DNA of 64,000 nucleotides. Source: Nanobdellota archaeon (GTDB lineage Archaea > Nanobdellota > Nanobdellia > Pacearchaeales > GW2011-AR1). The stretch spans positions 6,450 to 70,449 of the forward strand of contig JAJZAH010000004.1 of the NCBI GenBank assembly GCA_021799535.1. Reading direction: 5' to 3'. A program made the position numbers and the translations under genes. Numbering within the stretch: the stretch's first letter is position 1; every line of letters starts with the position of its first letter. Positions 9,537-18,477 of the stretch are shown piece after piece. Below the pieces are notes generated by a model, which saw only the letters and a list, made by a program, of their open reading frames with translations, made no database searches and was not told the DNA's origin.

Positions 9537-9993
9537 AAAAGCGCAATCGGAGCTTGTAGGATTTGCGATAATAGTTATAATAGTTTCCATAATAATCCTA
9601 ATATTCATATCACTTTCGCTGCAAAACAAGCCGGAAGCCGTCCAAAGCTACAAGACAGAATCATTTGTCCAGTCAGCCCTCCAGTATACCACCACCTGTC
9701 AGGAGAACGGGCATTATGACTCATATCTTGACTTGATAGAACTATGCAGCCGAAACGGACTTTGTGATAACGGGACAGAAGCGTGCAAGGTGCTTGATTC
9801 AACCTCAGAAAACCTCGTGAACAGCTCATGGCATGCGGGAAGTGAGTTCCCTGTGAAAGGATATGACTTTTCCATAAATTATGGCGGGAAGGATCTTGTC
9901 AATATTGAAAGAGGGAACAGGACTTCACAAAGCAAGGGCTCAAATCAGGTCTTTAGCGGAAACCTCCAGATAACTTTTGAGGCTTATTATTAA
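9529..9993 (+). CDS. Type IV pilin-like protein (class III signal peptide)
   Basis: MGRKA/QSELVGFAIIVIIVSIIILIF. It overlaps the upstream gene by 8 nt. Confidence 0.6.
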   Translation: MGRKAQSELVGFAIIVIIVSIIILIFISLSLQNKPEAVQSYKTESFVQSALQYTTTCQENGHYDSYLDLIELCSRNGLCDNGTEACKVLDSTSENLVNSSWHAGSEFPVKGYDFSINYGGKDLVNIERGNRTSQSKGSNQVFSGNLQITFEAYY

Positions 9994-10328
9994 ATCTTCA
10001 GATGAACAACAACTTCATCAACAACAATCACCGGCTTATGCCTTACTCTGCTCTTTGACTCCTCTTTCACGAGTTCTATAAACCCAAACCTTTCCAGAAG
10101 TTTCACATCATCCATCACGGCTTTGAACGGTCTTCCAAGGATCTTTGCCAGACTGTAAATAGAAGAGGGCTCTTTGTACTTCACCACATCAAGAAGCCTT
10201 GCTTTCTCTTTAGAGAGGAGCTTCCTTAATGAGGACAGGCTCTCAAAATCATATTTATCCTTTTTAAGGAACCTGAAAGCGCCTTCAGACTCTTTTATAG
10301 TGACTTCCCTTATCCTTATTTTTGCCAT
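9990..10328 (-). CDS. Winged-helix transcriptional regulator-like protein
   Basis: 112 aa. The SIYSLAKILGRPFKAVMDDVKLLERFGFIEL segment looks like a helix-turn-helix plus wing. It is convergent with the pilin-like cluster and divergent from the S-layer gene leader. Confidence 0.45.
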   Translation of the reverse strand: MAKIRIREVTIKESEGAFRFLKKDKYDFESLSSLRKLLSKEKARLLDVVKYKEPSSIYSLAKILGRPFKAVMDDVKLLERFGFIELVKEESKSRVRHKPVIVVDEVVVHLKI

Positions 10329-10725
10329 TTTATGCTAAAACGATGCCTTTAAGGATATATATTATTTTCGAATATATATAATTTGCCCCTTTTTACCCCT
10401 ATAGGCAAAACCTGTAACTTTTTGAAAAAGACACCGAAAGCTTTTTAAATAAAACCTTCAAAAAGTGGCCTTTGAAGACAATAACCGAAAGACTTACTCC
10501 AAAGCTTTTTAAAGAAAAATTTATTCTCTTTATTACACTCAATTGAGGGTGGTCTTATAGGGAATAAGCCCATGCATTTGCAGAACACGAATGCGGGCGT
10601 AATGCTCTATAAGTGCTAAAAAGTTCCCCTATAGCTTTTTAGCAAAGACTTCGACTGCCTTAGGTGGTCCGGAAGCCAAAAGCTTCCAACCAGAGAGGTA
10701 GAAAGGAGGACAAAAATAAGACAAA
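10329..10725 (+). promoter_or_regulatory. Long promoter/leader region of the putative S-layer gene
   Basis: 397-bp non-coding stretch. An exact 13-nt repeat AAAGCTTTTTAAA occurs at 10437-10449 and 10501-10513 (BRE/TATA-like). Several hairpins are present, e.g. GGAAGC-CAAAA-GCTTCC. A strong SD, GAAAGGAGGA, lies ~15 nt before the ATG. Confidence 0.5.
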
Positions 10726-13032
10726 ATGAAATTGAATTTCAAAAAGATCTCAGCAGTTCTTGGTTCAGTAGTAATGGCCGGAGCAAGTTTGGGATTCGCT
10801 GCTGCAGCTAGCTTCCCAGCTCCATTCGTTCAGAATGGTGTTGCTAATGTAGCTGTAGTGTATGGTACTGGTGCTGGTGTATCTCAGCTTGACCAAGTGT
10901 CAGCAGGAAACATCGAAAGCAACTTAGGAACATACGTTACCGGCGGGTCAACAAATATCTCTGGTGAGAACGTCCTTCTTCAGATGCCTTCATCATATCT
11001 TCACGTAGGAAATGGTATAAGTCAAGTTTTCGGAAGATCTGTTACAAAGACAGATATGCCGACACTTTTGGCTGACGGCACTTATCAGGACTCTCAAAAC
11101 AGTGACCACTCATACACTCAAAAGATTGATGTGGCCAACTTGACTCTCAAGCAATTTGACCTTGAACAGTATGACTCTAATGTAACTTCAACTACTCCTG
11201 CAATAGGATTCCCATTGAGCTCTGGAGCTAATGTATTAAATTACACATTAACTTTCACGAGCGCAGTTAACTCAAGCTTGATGCAGTACACTAACCTTAA
11301 CCTTATGGGTTCAAGTTATTACGTGCTTTCAGCTTCTTCGACTTCATTGACACTTCTAGACTCTGCAGCAACTGCAACTCTTAGCAATGTCGGAAGCTCG
11401 ACTACATTAAATGTAGGGGGAAAGACCTATGCTGTAAGTGTTGCTTATATAGACTCAAGCAACGTAAAGCTTACTATTAATGGTCAAACAACAGACACAT
11501 TACAAAAAGGAAGCACTTACAAATTAAGTGACGGCTCTTATGTTGGTATAAAAGACGTCCTTTACAATACTGCAGGAAGTGGAAACGGCGAAGTTGACTT
11601 CAGCATTGGTGCAGGAAAGATTATCCTGAACAATGGGCAGAATGTCCAAGTGGGCACGAATTCCGTTAGTGGTGTAACTGCTACTATAGGAGCTAGTGGA
11701 AAAAGTATATCAAATATATCTATCCAGTGGGACACAGGAGACACAGGCGCAATCACACAGAGTATGCCTTTGACTATGCCAGCATTTGACGGTGTTAAAT
11801 TAACCTTTGGTGGGATGACCTATCCAAAGAATGAAAACACAACAGTAGCAAATGATGGAAACACAGCAGTTAAAGTATCAACAACTTTGGAAGGTGGTTC
11901 CGTTTCATTAGATGTTCTTGGGATAGACAAGACAACTGGGAACTTCACTACAATAGGACAAGACTCAAACAACTTGTTAGTTACAAACAATTCAGCATAC
12001 CTGAATAAAATTCACCAGAATAGTGAGTTTGTGATTTCGGGAATCAACGGAAAAGTAGCTGAGTCACATGTATATAAAGTGACAAGTTTCTCAAACACAA
12101 CAGAAAATGGACTTCAGGTTGTATTGACTGATCAGGCTAACACTGCAAACCAGGTTACATTGACCAATGGTCAAGCTAGTTCAGTAGGAGTTAGCACAGG
12201 GATAACCTTGACTCCATCTATTAACTACGCTGCAAAGAATGTAAGTTTCACGGCAAGTGGAACCGGAGCAAACTTCGCTTCCCTTTACACAAATGATGGG
12301 TTAAAGATGTTGCTTCCAACTTCTGTGCATGTTAATGGTAACGCAAGCAAACCTACAGTTCAATCTTATAACCTTCAGTTCACTGAAGCTGATAAGAACG
12401 GAAATATTGCATCTGGAAACAAATTCAATATAACTGTGGGAAGTGTTGGAACAACAACAAAGCAGACTTCTGTAACGGGAGTCAGCGGCGCAGGTAGCGC
12501 AGTAGAAGTAGGACAAACAAACGTGTACGATTACACTGTGGCTTCTCCACTCGCAACTGCTATATCCTACAACGAGGGACCAACACAGGAAACTGCTTCA
12601 TTGGTATACCATGGCGGTGAATCTTACGGCCAACTTTACTTAGCATCTCCAAGTGCAACTATCTCAGGTAGTAGCAAATTAGGAAATGTTTTAGTAACAG
12701 ACAGCGAAATTTCATCAGTTTCAGGCAAGAACTTAGTGATTGTTGGTGGTAGCTGTATTAACTCAGCTGCTGCAACTGCATTAGGCGTTGCTTATCCAAC
12801 TTGCGGACCTGCTTTCACACAGGCTACAGGTGTAGGATCAGGACAATTCCTTCTTGAAGGAGTTACTGGCAAATTCGGTGGATCATTCGCTTTAGTTGTT
12901 GCTGGTTATGAAGCTGCAGATACAACAAACGCTGCAACTTACTTGACTCACAACACTGTTGACACATCAGCTAAATACGTAGGAACTTCAGGTACACAGG
13001 CAACATTGCAGGTAGCTAACTCAACTGCGTAA
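10726..13032 (+). CDS. Putative S-layer protein
   Basis: 768 aa with a Sec signal peptide (...GFAAAASF). Thr/Ser/Gly/Asn/Val-rich and almost Cys-free. N-terminal VANVAVVYGTGAG...D..SAGNI and C-terminal GKNLVIVGGSCINSAAA...ALVVAGYEAADT blocks resemble methanogen-type S-layer proteins. A strong SD and a T-rich terminator flank the gene. Confidence 0.6.
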   Translation: MKLNFKKISAVLGSVVMAGASLGFAAAASFPAPFVQNGVANVAVVYGTGAGVSQLDQVSAGNIESNLGTYVTGGSTNISGENVLLQMPSSYLHVGNGISQVFGRSVTKTDMPTLLADGTYQDSQNSDHSYTQKIDVANLTLKQFDLEQYDSNVTSTTPAIGFPLSSGANVLNYTLTFTSAVNSSLMQYTNLNLMGSSYYVLSASSTSLTLLDSAATATLSNVGSSTTLNVGGKTYAVSVAYIDSSNVKLTINGQTTDTLQKGSTYKLSDGSYVGIKDVLYNTAGSGNGEVDFSIGAGKIILNNGQNVQVGTNSVSGVTATIGASGKSISNISIQWDTGDTGAITQSMPLTMPAFDGVKLTFGGMTYPKNENTTVANDGNTAVKVSTTLEGGSVSLDVLGIDKTTGNFTTIGQDSNNLLVTNNSAYLNKIHQNSEFVISGINGKVAESHVYKVTSFSNTTENGLQVVLTDQANTANQVTLTNGQASSVGVSTGITLTPSINYAAKNVSFTASGTGANFASLYTNDGLKMLLPTSVHVNGNASKPTVQSYNLQFTEADKNGNIASGNKFNITVGSVGTTTKQTSVTGVSGAGSAVEVGQTNVYDYTVASPLATAISYNEGPTQETASLVYHGGESYGQLYLASPSATISGSSKLGNVLVTDSEISSVSGKNLVIVGGSCINSAAATALGVAYPTCGPAFTQATGVGSGQFLLEGVTGKFGGSFALVVAGYEAADTTNAATYLTHNTVDTSAKYVGTSGTQATLQVANSTA

Positions 13033-13041
13033 AGCCAAAAA

Positions 13042-13078
13042 TTTTATTTTTTATTTTTTTCTTTTTCTTTTTTTCTTC
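13042..13078 (+). terminator. T-rich archaeal terminator after the S-layer gene
   Basis: Consecutive oligo-T tracts (TTTTATTTTTTATTTTTTTCTTTTTCTTTTTTTCTTC) start 10 nt after the stop codon. Confidence 0.55.
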
Positions 13079-13395
13079 GTCTGGTCGGGAGACTAAAACT
13101 ATAAGAATACCCATCTTCCCGACGGAGATGCCCGTTTCACATAAGGGAAAATCGGGTCTTAACCTGGGAATTAATTGAGCCTTATTTGAAATTATCCCAA
13201 AAACAAAAAAGATATAGCCAATTCTTCCGTATAAAAGTCATGGAGAGTCTAAGAAAGCTTGAAAATGGAGGGAACATCGACATAAAAAAGCTTAAAGGAA
13301 GAGTATATACATAGTCTTCGTATGAAATCTTATTCTACCGTCGTATAAAACGGAAATCCGCAACACTTTTATACCTTATTAGCCCATTATAAAGA

Positions 13396-13998
13396 ATGAT
13401 AAAAAAGATAGAGACGAAAGAACAAAAAAGCAAGAAAGAGAAAAAGAATCAGCTGGTCCTTGCGGGATTGCTGATATTTGTCATGCTCTTCTCAATTTTT
13501 GGGATAATTTTCCAGTACATGGGGGGATTTGGAGGAGGAACGAACTCACAGAATCCCACAGTAACTTACAAAGGCCTTACTTTTCAGGAAATCAACGGAT
13601 ATTATGTCCTCCAATCAGGAAGCTCGTCCTTTTACTTCTCTACAGACCCTCAGACAGCCGGAAACTCAACCTCAGAAATAATGACAAACAAAACACTCTC
13701 AAGCTATGCAGGCCAGGTAGTTTATGTCTCATCCCCTTATGATTATAATGCTTACAATGACATTTACACTGACCTTTCAAATTACACACGGAGGGTCCAG
13801 GGCGCATGCGCAGTCAATGAAACCTGCGTCGACAGCACTCTCCCCCTGAAAGACTGCTCAAGCAATCTCATCATAATAAAGAAAGCACAAAACAACCAGA
13901 TATATCAAAAAGGCAACTGCATATATATTGAGGGAAAGCAAAGTGATTTACTGGGCTTGACAGACGAATTCCTCATGCATATACTTGGAATAAATTAA
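13396..13998 (+). CDS. Membrane-anchored extracellular protein; function unknown
   Basis: 200 aa with a Lys-rich N-terminus, one TM helix (LVLAGLLIFVMLFSIFGIIF) and a Cys-containing ectodomain. Confidence 0.5.
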   Translation: MIKKIETKEQKSKKEKKNQLVLAGLLIFVMLFSIFGIIFQYMGGFGGGTNSQNPTVTYKGLTFQEINGYYVLQSGSSSFYFSTDPQTAGNSTSEIMTNKTLSSYAGQVVYVSSPYDYNAYNDIYTDLSNYTRRVQGACAVNETCVDSTLPLKDCSSNLIIIKKAQNNQIYQKGNCIYIEGKQSDLLGLTDEFLMHILGIN

Positions 13999-14010
13999 AA
14001 ACTGCATAAA

Positions 14011-14649
14011 ATGGCTGAAAAAAACACTTCCGAAGAAAAGGTACCTGAAAAAGAGTCAAAAGAAGAGAATAAGATCCTCAAAGTGATACTCATAACAGGA
14101 GGAATAATACTTGTAGCTGCAATAGTATGGTTGGTATTTTCGCCAAAGCAAAACAGCCTCGAATATAAAGGGATAAACTTCACTGTCGAAAAGATCGGGA
14201 ACCTGACTTTCTATGACACGACAACACTCGCAAACAACAGCCAGGGAGCCCCATTCGGATTCAGGATAAGGACAAATCCAAATGACCTGAAAAATGTCCC
14301 TTTTGAAAACTCAGGAAATTTCAATTTCACAAGGTTTAATTTTGTGAAAACTGAGGGAAATTATACATTCGACTGCAATGGGTATGGGATAATAGCGATT
14401 GTGAACCTGCAAAGAACATTTTCGGAAATGGGGATGTCATTATCGCAAGATCAAAATGCAACATGCGACCCACAGGGAAGATACGGTTTGTTCAACTTAA
14501 GATACGGCAATAAGACGGAGATAGAACAAGTCGGAAGCAACTGCTACGATATAATAATGAGAGGGAATGACTCAAGCTGTGACGTCCTGCCTGCAACTGA
14601 AAAGCTGATGGTGGATGCATACGCTAAGTATCTTAATTCTTCCGCATGA
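14011..14649 (+). CDS. Membrane-anchored extracellular protein; function unknown
   Basis: 212 aa with an acidic/Lys-rich N-terminus, one TM helix (VILITGGIILVAAIVWLVF) and four Cys in the ectodomain. Confidence 0.5.
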   Translation: MAEKNTSEEKVPEKESKEENKILKVILITGGIILVAAIVWLVFSPKQNSLEYKGINFTVEKIGNLTFYDTTTLANNSQGAPFGFRIRTNPNDLKNVPFENSGNFNFTRFNFVKTEGNYTFDCNGYGIIAIVNLQRTFSEMGMSLSQDQNATCDPQGRYGLFNLRYGNKTEIEQVGSNCYDIIMRGNDSSCDVLPATEKLMVDAYAKYLNSSA

Positions 14650-15122
14650 ACCCGCTAGTTCTTGCGATAATACTGACAATATTGCCTGTCGTCGAGCTAA
14701 GGGGTGGGCTCCCTGTCGCGCTTCTCAATGCCTCAAAAGAAGGAGTCTCTCAGGGGCTTATATTTCTCATAATAGTCGCACTTAATATCCTAATGGTGTT
14801 TGTGGCATTCTTCTTCCTGGATTATCTGCACAAGTTTTTCCTGAGAGTTAAGTCATACAAGAGATTCTATGAATTCACATTAAGGAAAATGCAAAATAAA
14901 ATAGACAAATTTGAGAAAGCTCATGACTCGATAGGAGTTTGGGCCCTATTTTTATTCGTCGCTATCCCCTTCCCACTGACAGGAGCATATTCCGGCGTCC
15001 TTCTGTCATGGCTTTTCGGTTTACCCAGAAAGAAAAGCATAATGGCAATATCATTAGGGGTCATAACAGCAGGAATAATAGTCTACCTTGGGACAATAGG
15101 AATCACTTCTTTTTTAGGCTAG
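14646..15122 (+). CDS. Small multidrug-export-like membrane protein (COG2426-like)
   Basis: 158 aa with 4 TM helices. The N-terminal LPVVELRGGLPVAL motif is typical of this family. It overlaps the previous gene by 4 nt. Confidence 0.5.
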   Translation: MNPLVLAIILTILPVVELRGGLPVALLNASKEGVSQGLIFLIIVALNILMVFVAFFFLDYLHKFFLRVKSYKRFYEFTLRKMQNKIDKFEKAHDSIGVWALFLFVAIPFPLTGAYSGVLLSWLFGLPRKKSIMAISLGVITAGIIVYLGTIGITSFLG

Positions 15123-15639
15123 ATTTGTCATAAAGGTACTTGATATCAGAATATACAGGAATGGATTTAATCTTGAAGACTTTCACCTCATAAAACCATA
15201 TGCCGACAACAAGTATCGTGCTTCCGGCATACCATAAGACCTCATGCGTGAGCTCAAAAAGCGAGGAATTATTCACAAACATCACCCCAAGTATGACAAT
15301 CCTTAAAATATTCACAATAAGAAAAATTAAGAAGGAAAGGAGGATCATATTTATTCTTTTAGACGGCTTTATATCCGGAGTTGACAGATTGAGTATAAGC
15401 AAAAAATAATATGCAGAGCCGGCAACACAAGCTCCTATAATGTCGAGGTTCTTAGCGCCTATAAGTATAGTATCACCAGAAAGAACTGCCTTGAAAAAGA
15501 TGTCAAGTATGTAAAAAACAGGGTATTTTGTCAACGGAAGGAACACATAATAAAAAAGCGAAAGGCCCGGGATAACGAGAACTATCAAAGCAAGATATCT
15601 GAGGAAAAGAAACAGAACTTTCTTTGAATCTTTTTTCAT
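15103..15639 (-). CDS. Archaeosortase/exosortase-family protein (minimal form)
   Basis: 178 aa and polytopic. It has Cys71 in IIGACVAGS, Arg113 in VNILRIVILG (aN..RI motif, 42 residues after the Cys) and His132 in THEVLWYAG. This is the order and context of the exosortase/archaeosortase conserved residues. Confidence 0.55.
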   Translation of the reverse strand: MKKDSKKVLFLFLRYLALIVLVIPGLSLFYYVFLPLTKYPVFYILDIFFKAVLSGDTILIGAKNLDIIGACVAGSAYYFLLILNLSTPDIKPSKRINMILLSFLIFLIVNILRIVILGVMFVNNSSLFELTHEVLWYAGSTILVVGIWFYEVKVFKIKSIPVYSDIKYLYDKSSLKKK

Positions 15640-15695
15640 AACTATATATGAAAAAAGCTATTTATATAATTTGAGTTTTCTTTAAGAGCTTAAAA

Positions 15696-17342
15696 TCATC
15701 TTCTTTTCAATATCTTGACCGCAACAATTATTATTGCGACAAGCAAAACAACATTAAGCAGGACTATCCCAACAATTTCCCAGTTGACATTTGAGCCCAG
15801 ATCACTCCAGAATGAGCCCTGCGCAACCGTGAGGTTTACCTGCTTGTCAGAAACAATCTGGCCATTCGAAGTTAAGATTATATTGAAATTCTGACTCCCC
15901 GCACTTCCTGACTTGAGGTTGAAAGTCATATAAACATCTTTTGAATATCCTGAACCAAGAGTGAAGGTCTCAGCACTTATATTGACCAGGTCTGCCCATG
16001 AGTTGTACCCACTAGGGGCTAAGACAAAAGTCGCTGTCTTTGCATCTTCATTCCTTACATAAACATGAACTGTCACTTGCTTGCCTTCTGTAGCTTCCCC
16101 TGAAGATATGTCAGCAGTCACGGTAGGGGGTGTTATCGCACAATTGCCTGAAACATTCATAAAGACGGTCTTCACTGCCTGGTCATTGTTACTGTTTTCA
16201 TATAAATTATTATTGCTGTCATAAACACTAAGCTGGATTCCGTATATTTTCTCGCTTGCGTTTTTAGGAATGTTAAAATTCGCCGAGAAATCCTGTGAGC
16301 TGAAAGCACTTATGCTCCCGAGTTTCACAATCTGGTTCACTCCAAGTTCCTGGTTATAAATAACTACATAAGAGCCGCTTGACTGGTCACTGCTTCCTAT
16401 ATTATATATTGTTCCTGCAAGGTTAACATTAGAACCGCACGAAACGGAGCCATTCAAAGTATCTCCGTTCTGAAGAATATTTCCATTTAAAGTGACATCC
16501 ACAGGGATCATGAAATCGTCTCCTGTTTCAACATACCCATTCTCATTCACAGAAGAGCAAGTCTGGTTCCCGTCATAAAGGCCATTCGCAGATGTGTCCC
16601 TTATAGTGCCCGAAGCTTTAACATAAAGTACAACGTTCCCCCCGGCATTGTCGATCCTGTTCATCCCATTGTTGAGCTGGAAGTTGATGTCCACAGTCTT
16701 ATCATTGCCCGAATTAAGACTGAATGAGCTAAGGGTTCCGCTGTCTATCTTATTCCCGTCTGTCGTATAAAGGGCCCACTGAACCTTGACATTCCTAAGG
16801 TCGTAATTCCCATTATTTTCAACGTCTACCTTTGCACTGACATTGTCAAGAAGATACCATGTACTGGAATCACCGTAACCGCTTGATATGCTAAAGTCAG
16901 GAGAATCTACCTTGAGAATATTTACAACATTAGGAGTGCCCTGGCAAAAATCAGTATTCTTGAAATAGATTGTCCCGTAGTTTTGGCCGTTGACTTTCAG
17001 TGATGTGCTGTAAGAAACTGAATCAAGAAAATTGAAATACCCGTCGGGGTCAGAAACACTGTAATTCACATTAACAAGCCTTGAAGCAGTGTGATTAGCA
17101 GATGTATTTAGGGAGAAAGATGATGGTGAAACGGAAAAACTGACAACACCTGTGCCCTGAGTTATTGAAGGGACAGACACTGCCACACTTGTGTTGGTGT
17201 CACTCGAAATATTAACCGTAAAATGCCCGCTTGTCCCGGTTATCTGGCTTGGGACTCCTGTGACTGTAAGCGCACTTACTGAATTTGCCAAGAATAAAAC
17301 CACAAATGCAAGCACAAAGATTACACTGATTCTTCTTCCCAT
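15696..17342 (-). CDS. Secreted surface protein with a C-terminal TM + basic tail (candidate archaeosortase substrate)
   Basis: 548 aa with a Sec signal peptide (..ANSVSA/LT). The body is Asn/Ser/Gly/Val-rich and beta-rich-looking. The C-terminus is ...NWEIVGIVLLNVVLLVAIIIVAVKILKRR*. Confidence 0.6.
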   Translation of the reverse strand: MGRRISVIFVLAFVVLFLANSVSALTVTGVPSQITGTSGHFTVNISSDTNTSVAVSVPSITQGTGVVSFSVSPSSFSLNTSANHTASRLVNVNYSVSDPDGYFNFLDSVSYSTSLKVNGQNYGTIYFKNTDFCQGTPNVVNILKVDSPDFSISSGYGDSSTWYLLDNVSAKVDVENNGNYDLRNVKVQWALYTTDGNKIDSGTLSSFSLNSGNDKTVDINFQLNNGMNRIDNAGGNVVLYVKASGTIRDTSANGLYDGNQTCSSVNENGYVETGDDFMIPVDVTLNGNILQNGDTLNGSVSCGSNVNLAGTIYNIGSSDQSSGSYVVIYNQELGVNQIVKLGSISAFSSQDFSANFNIPKNASEKIYGIQLSVYDSNNNLYENSNNDQAVKTVFMNVSGNCAITPPTVTADISSGEATEGKQVTVHVYVRNEDAKTATFVLAPSGYNSWADLVNISAETFTLGSGYSKDVYMTFNLKSGSAGSQNFNIILTSNGQIVSDKQVNLTVAQGSFWSDLGSNVNWEIVGIVLLNVVLLVAIIIVAVKILKRR

Positions 17343-17452
17343 TTTACCATTTTAGAGTTACGTCCCTTTATAAATTTTTGTATTTTCAAAGACATGCATT
17401 TTTGCGGTTTATCGAAAAAATTTATATATTTTTAGTGCATAATTTACTATAG

Positions 17453-17845
17453 ATGGTCTTGAAATCGAAAGAAAACTCAGTAGGAGCATGGTTTTTCTTA
17501 GTAGGTGTAATAATAGCTATATCTATCGGAATCGTGACCACCTTCTTTTTGCCTCTAACAAGGATAAATCAGTACAGCTCCTCAATATACGGCGTCCTTG
17601 TTTTACTTGGACTTATTGTCGGGTTCAGTATAAATGTATCCGGAAAAGATTCCCAGACTTTCTTATTAATAGGAGCTGTGCTTGTGATAGTAAGCAGGTT
17701 CGGCATGGAAAGTGTCACAGGATCATTGATAGGAATAGGAATAGGCGATGCGGTCGCATCGACTTTCTCAGCTCTTCTGACTCTTTTTGTACCTGCAACT
17801 ATAGTAGTCGCCATAAAAACGGTTTTCTCAATAACACGGGTTTAA
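17453..17845 (+). CDS. Integral membrane protein; function unknown
   Basis: 130 aa with 4 predicted TM helices. The overlapping 184-aa ORF in another frame looks spurious. Confidence 0.5.
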   Translation: MVLKSKENSVGAWFFLVGVIIAISIGIVTTFFLPLTRINQYSSSIYGVLVLLGLIVGFSINVSGKDSQTFLLIGAVLVIVSRFGMESVTGSLIGIGIGDAVASTFSALLTLFVPATIVVAIKTVFSITRV

Positions 17846-17847
17846 AA

Positions 17848-18477
17848 TCATCTTTTTTGAAGCCTTTGAAGGTTTTCAAGATTAAGTATGTCTCCATCCG
17901 TCAGGTCCATCCTCGGACAGGCTGTGTTCACCCAGCAGTCAATCTGGAAGTTCTCAAACTCGCCAACGTTCAGGTCATTTGCTATGAAAAGGTAGCTTTT
18001 TTTGCCTTTCAGGTTCCGATGAAAATTGACAGCACTCTTTAACCTTTGCTGACCGGGTTTGTTAGTAACAAGAATCCCTATTTTTTCAGAATTCAGAAAT
18101 TTGGAATACATTGCCTTTTCTTTTCTCTCCATCCTGGCGACATCAGCGCTTGAGATCTTTTCAATAGTTTCATCCTCAAGGATATAAGTTGGGAGTTTTG
18201 ACTCATAAGCAAGAGAGACTGAATGGAACTTTCCCTGACCGACAATTAAAATAGCTTTCGTTTCCGGAGGAAATTTGGGCCTTGAACACCCAAGGACTTG
18301 TGTTTTATACACGATTCTTTTGTCAAGGGATTCCCCGAGCTTCTTAGCGACGTCAGCAAACTGGTTCGAGTAGCATATGGAAAGCACTTTCTCAGGGATT
18401 TTTTCATTGACAAGCCTTCTTACCTTCTCATAGTCCGGTTCTTTCTTTATTTTGGCAGAAATAAATACAGTTTTCAT
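17848..18477 (-). CDS. dph2: Diphthamide synthesis Dph2-like protein, N-terminally short
   Basis: 209 aa. QVLGC, GQGKFH, GILV..KPGQQRL and NTACPRMD blocks parallel domains 2-3 of archaeal Dph2 (~340 aa). The domain-1 equivalent is absent. Confidence 0.6.
   Translation of the reverse strand: MKTVFISAKIKKEPDYEKVRRLVNEKIPEKVLSICYSNQFADVAKKLGESLDKRIVYKTQVLGCSRPKFPPETKAILIVGQGKFHSVSLAYESKLPTYILEDETIEKISSADVARMERKEKAMYSKFLNSEKIGILVTNKPGQQRLKSAVNFHRNLKGKKSYLFIANDLNVGEFENFQIDCWVNTACPRMDLTDGDILNLENLQRLQKR

Noticed and set aside
13239-13313. Short ORF MESLRKLENGGNIDIKKLKGRVYT* resembling the middle of RelE/ParE toxins, plus a 7-bp hairpin at 13084-13123 in the 317-bp gap after the S-layer gene
   Set aside because: Only ~20 residues of loose similarity exist, interrupted by a stop, and there is no antitoxin partner. 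It could be a decayed toxin gene, but the evidence is too thin to annotate.
17488-18042. 184-aa plus-strand ORF spanning two genes
   Set aside because: It overlaps the membrane-protein ORF in another frame and the dph2-like gene antisense. Its basic, Cys/Arg-rich composition is typical of out-of-frame translation.
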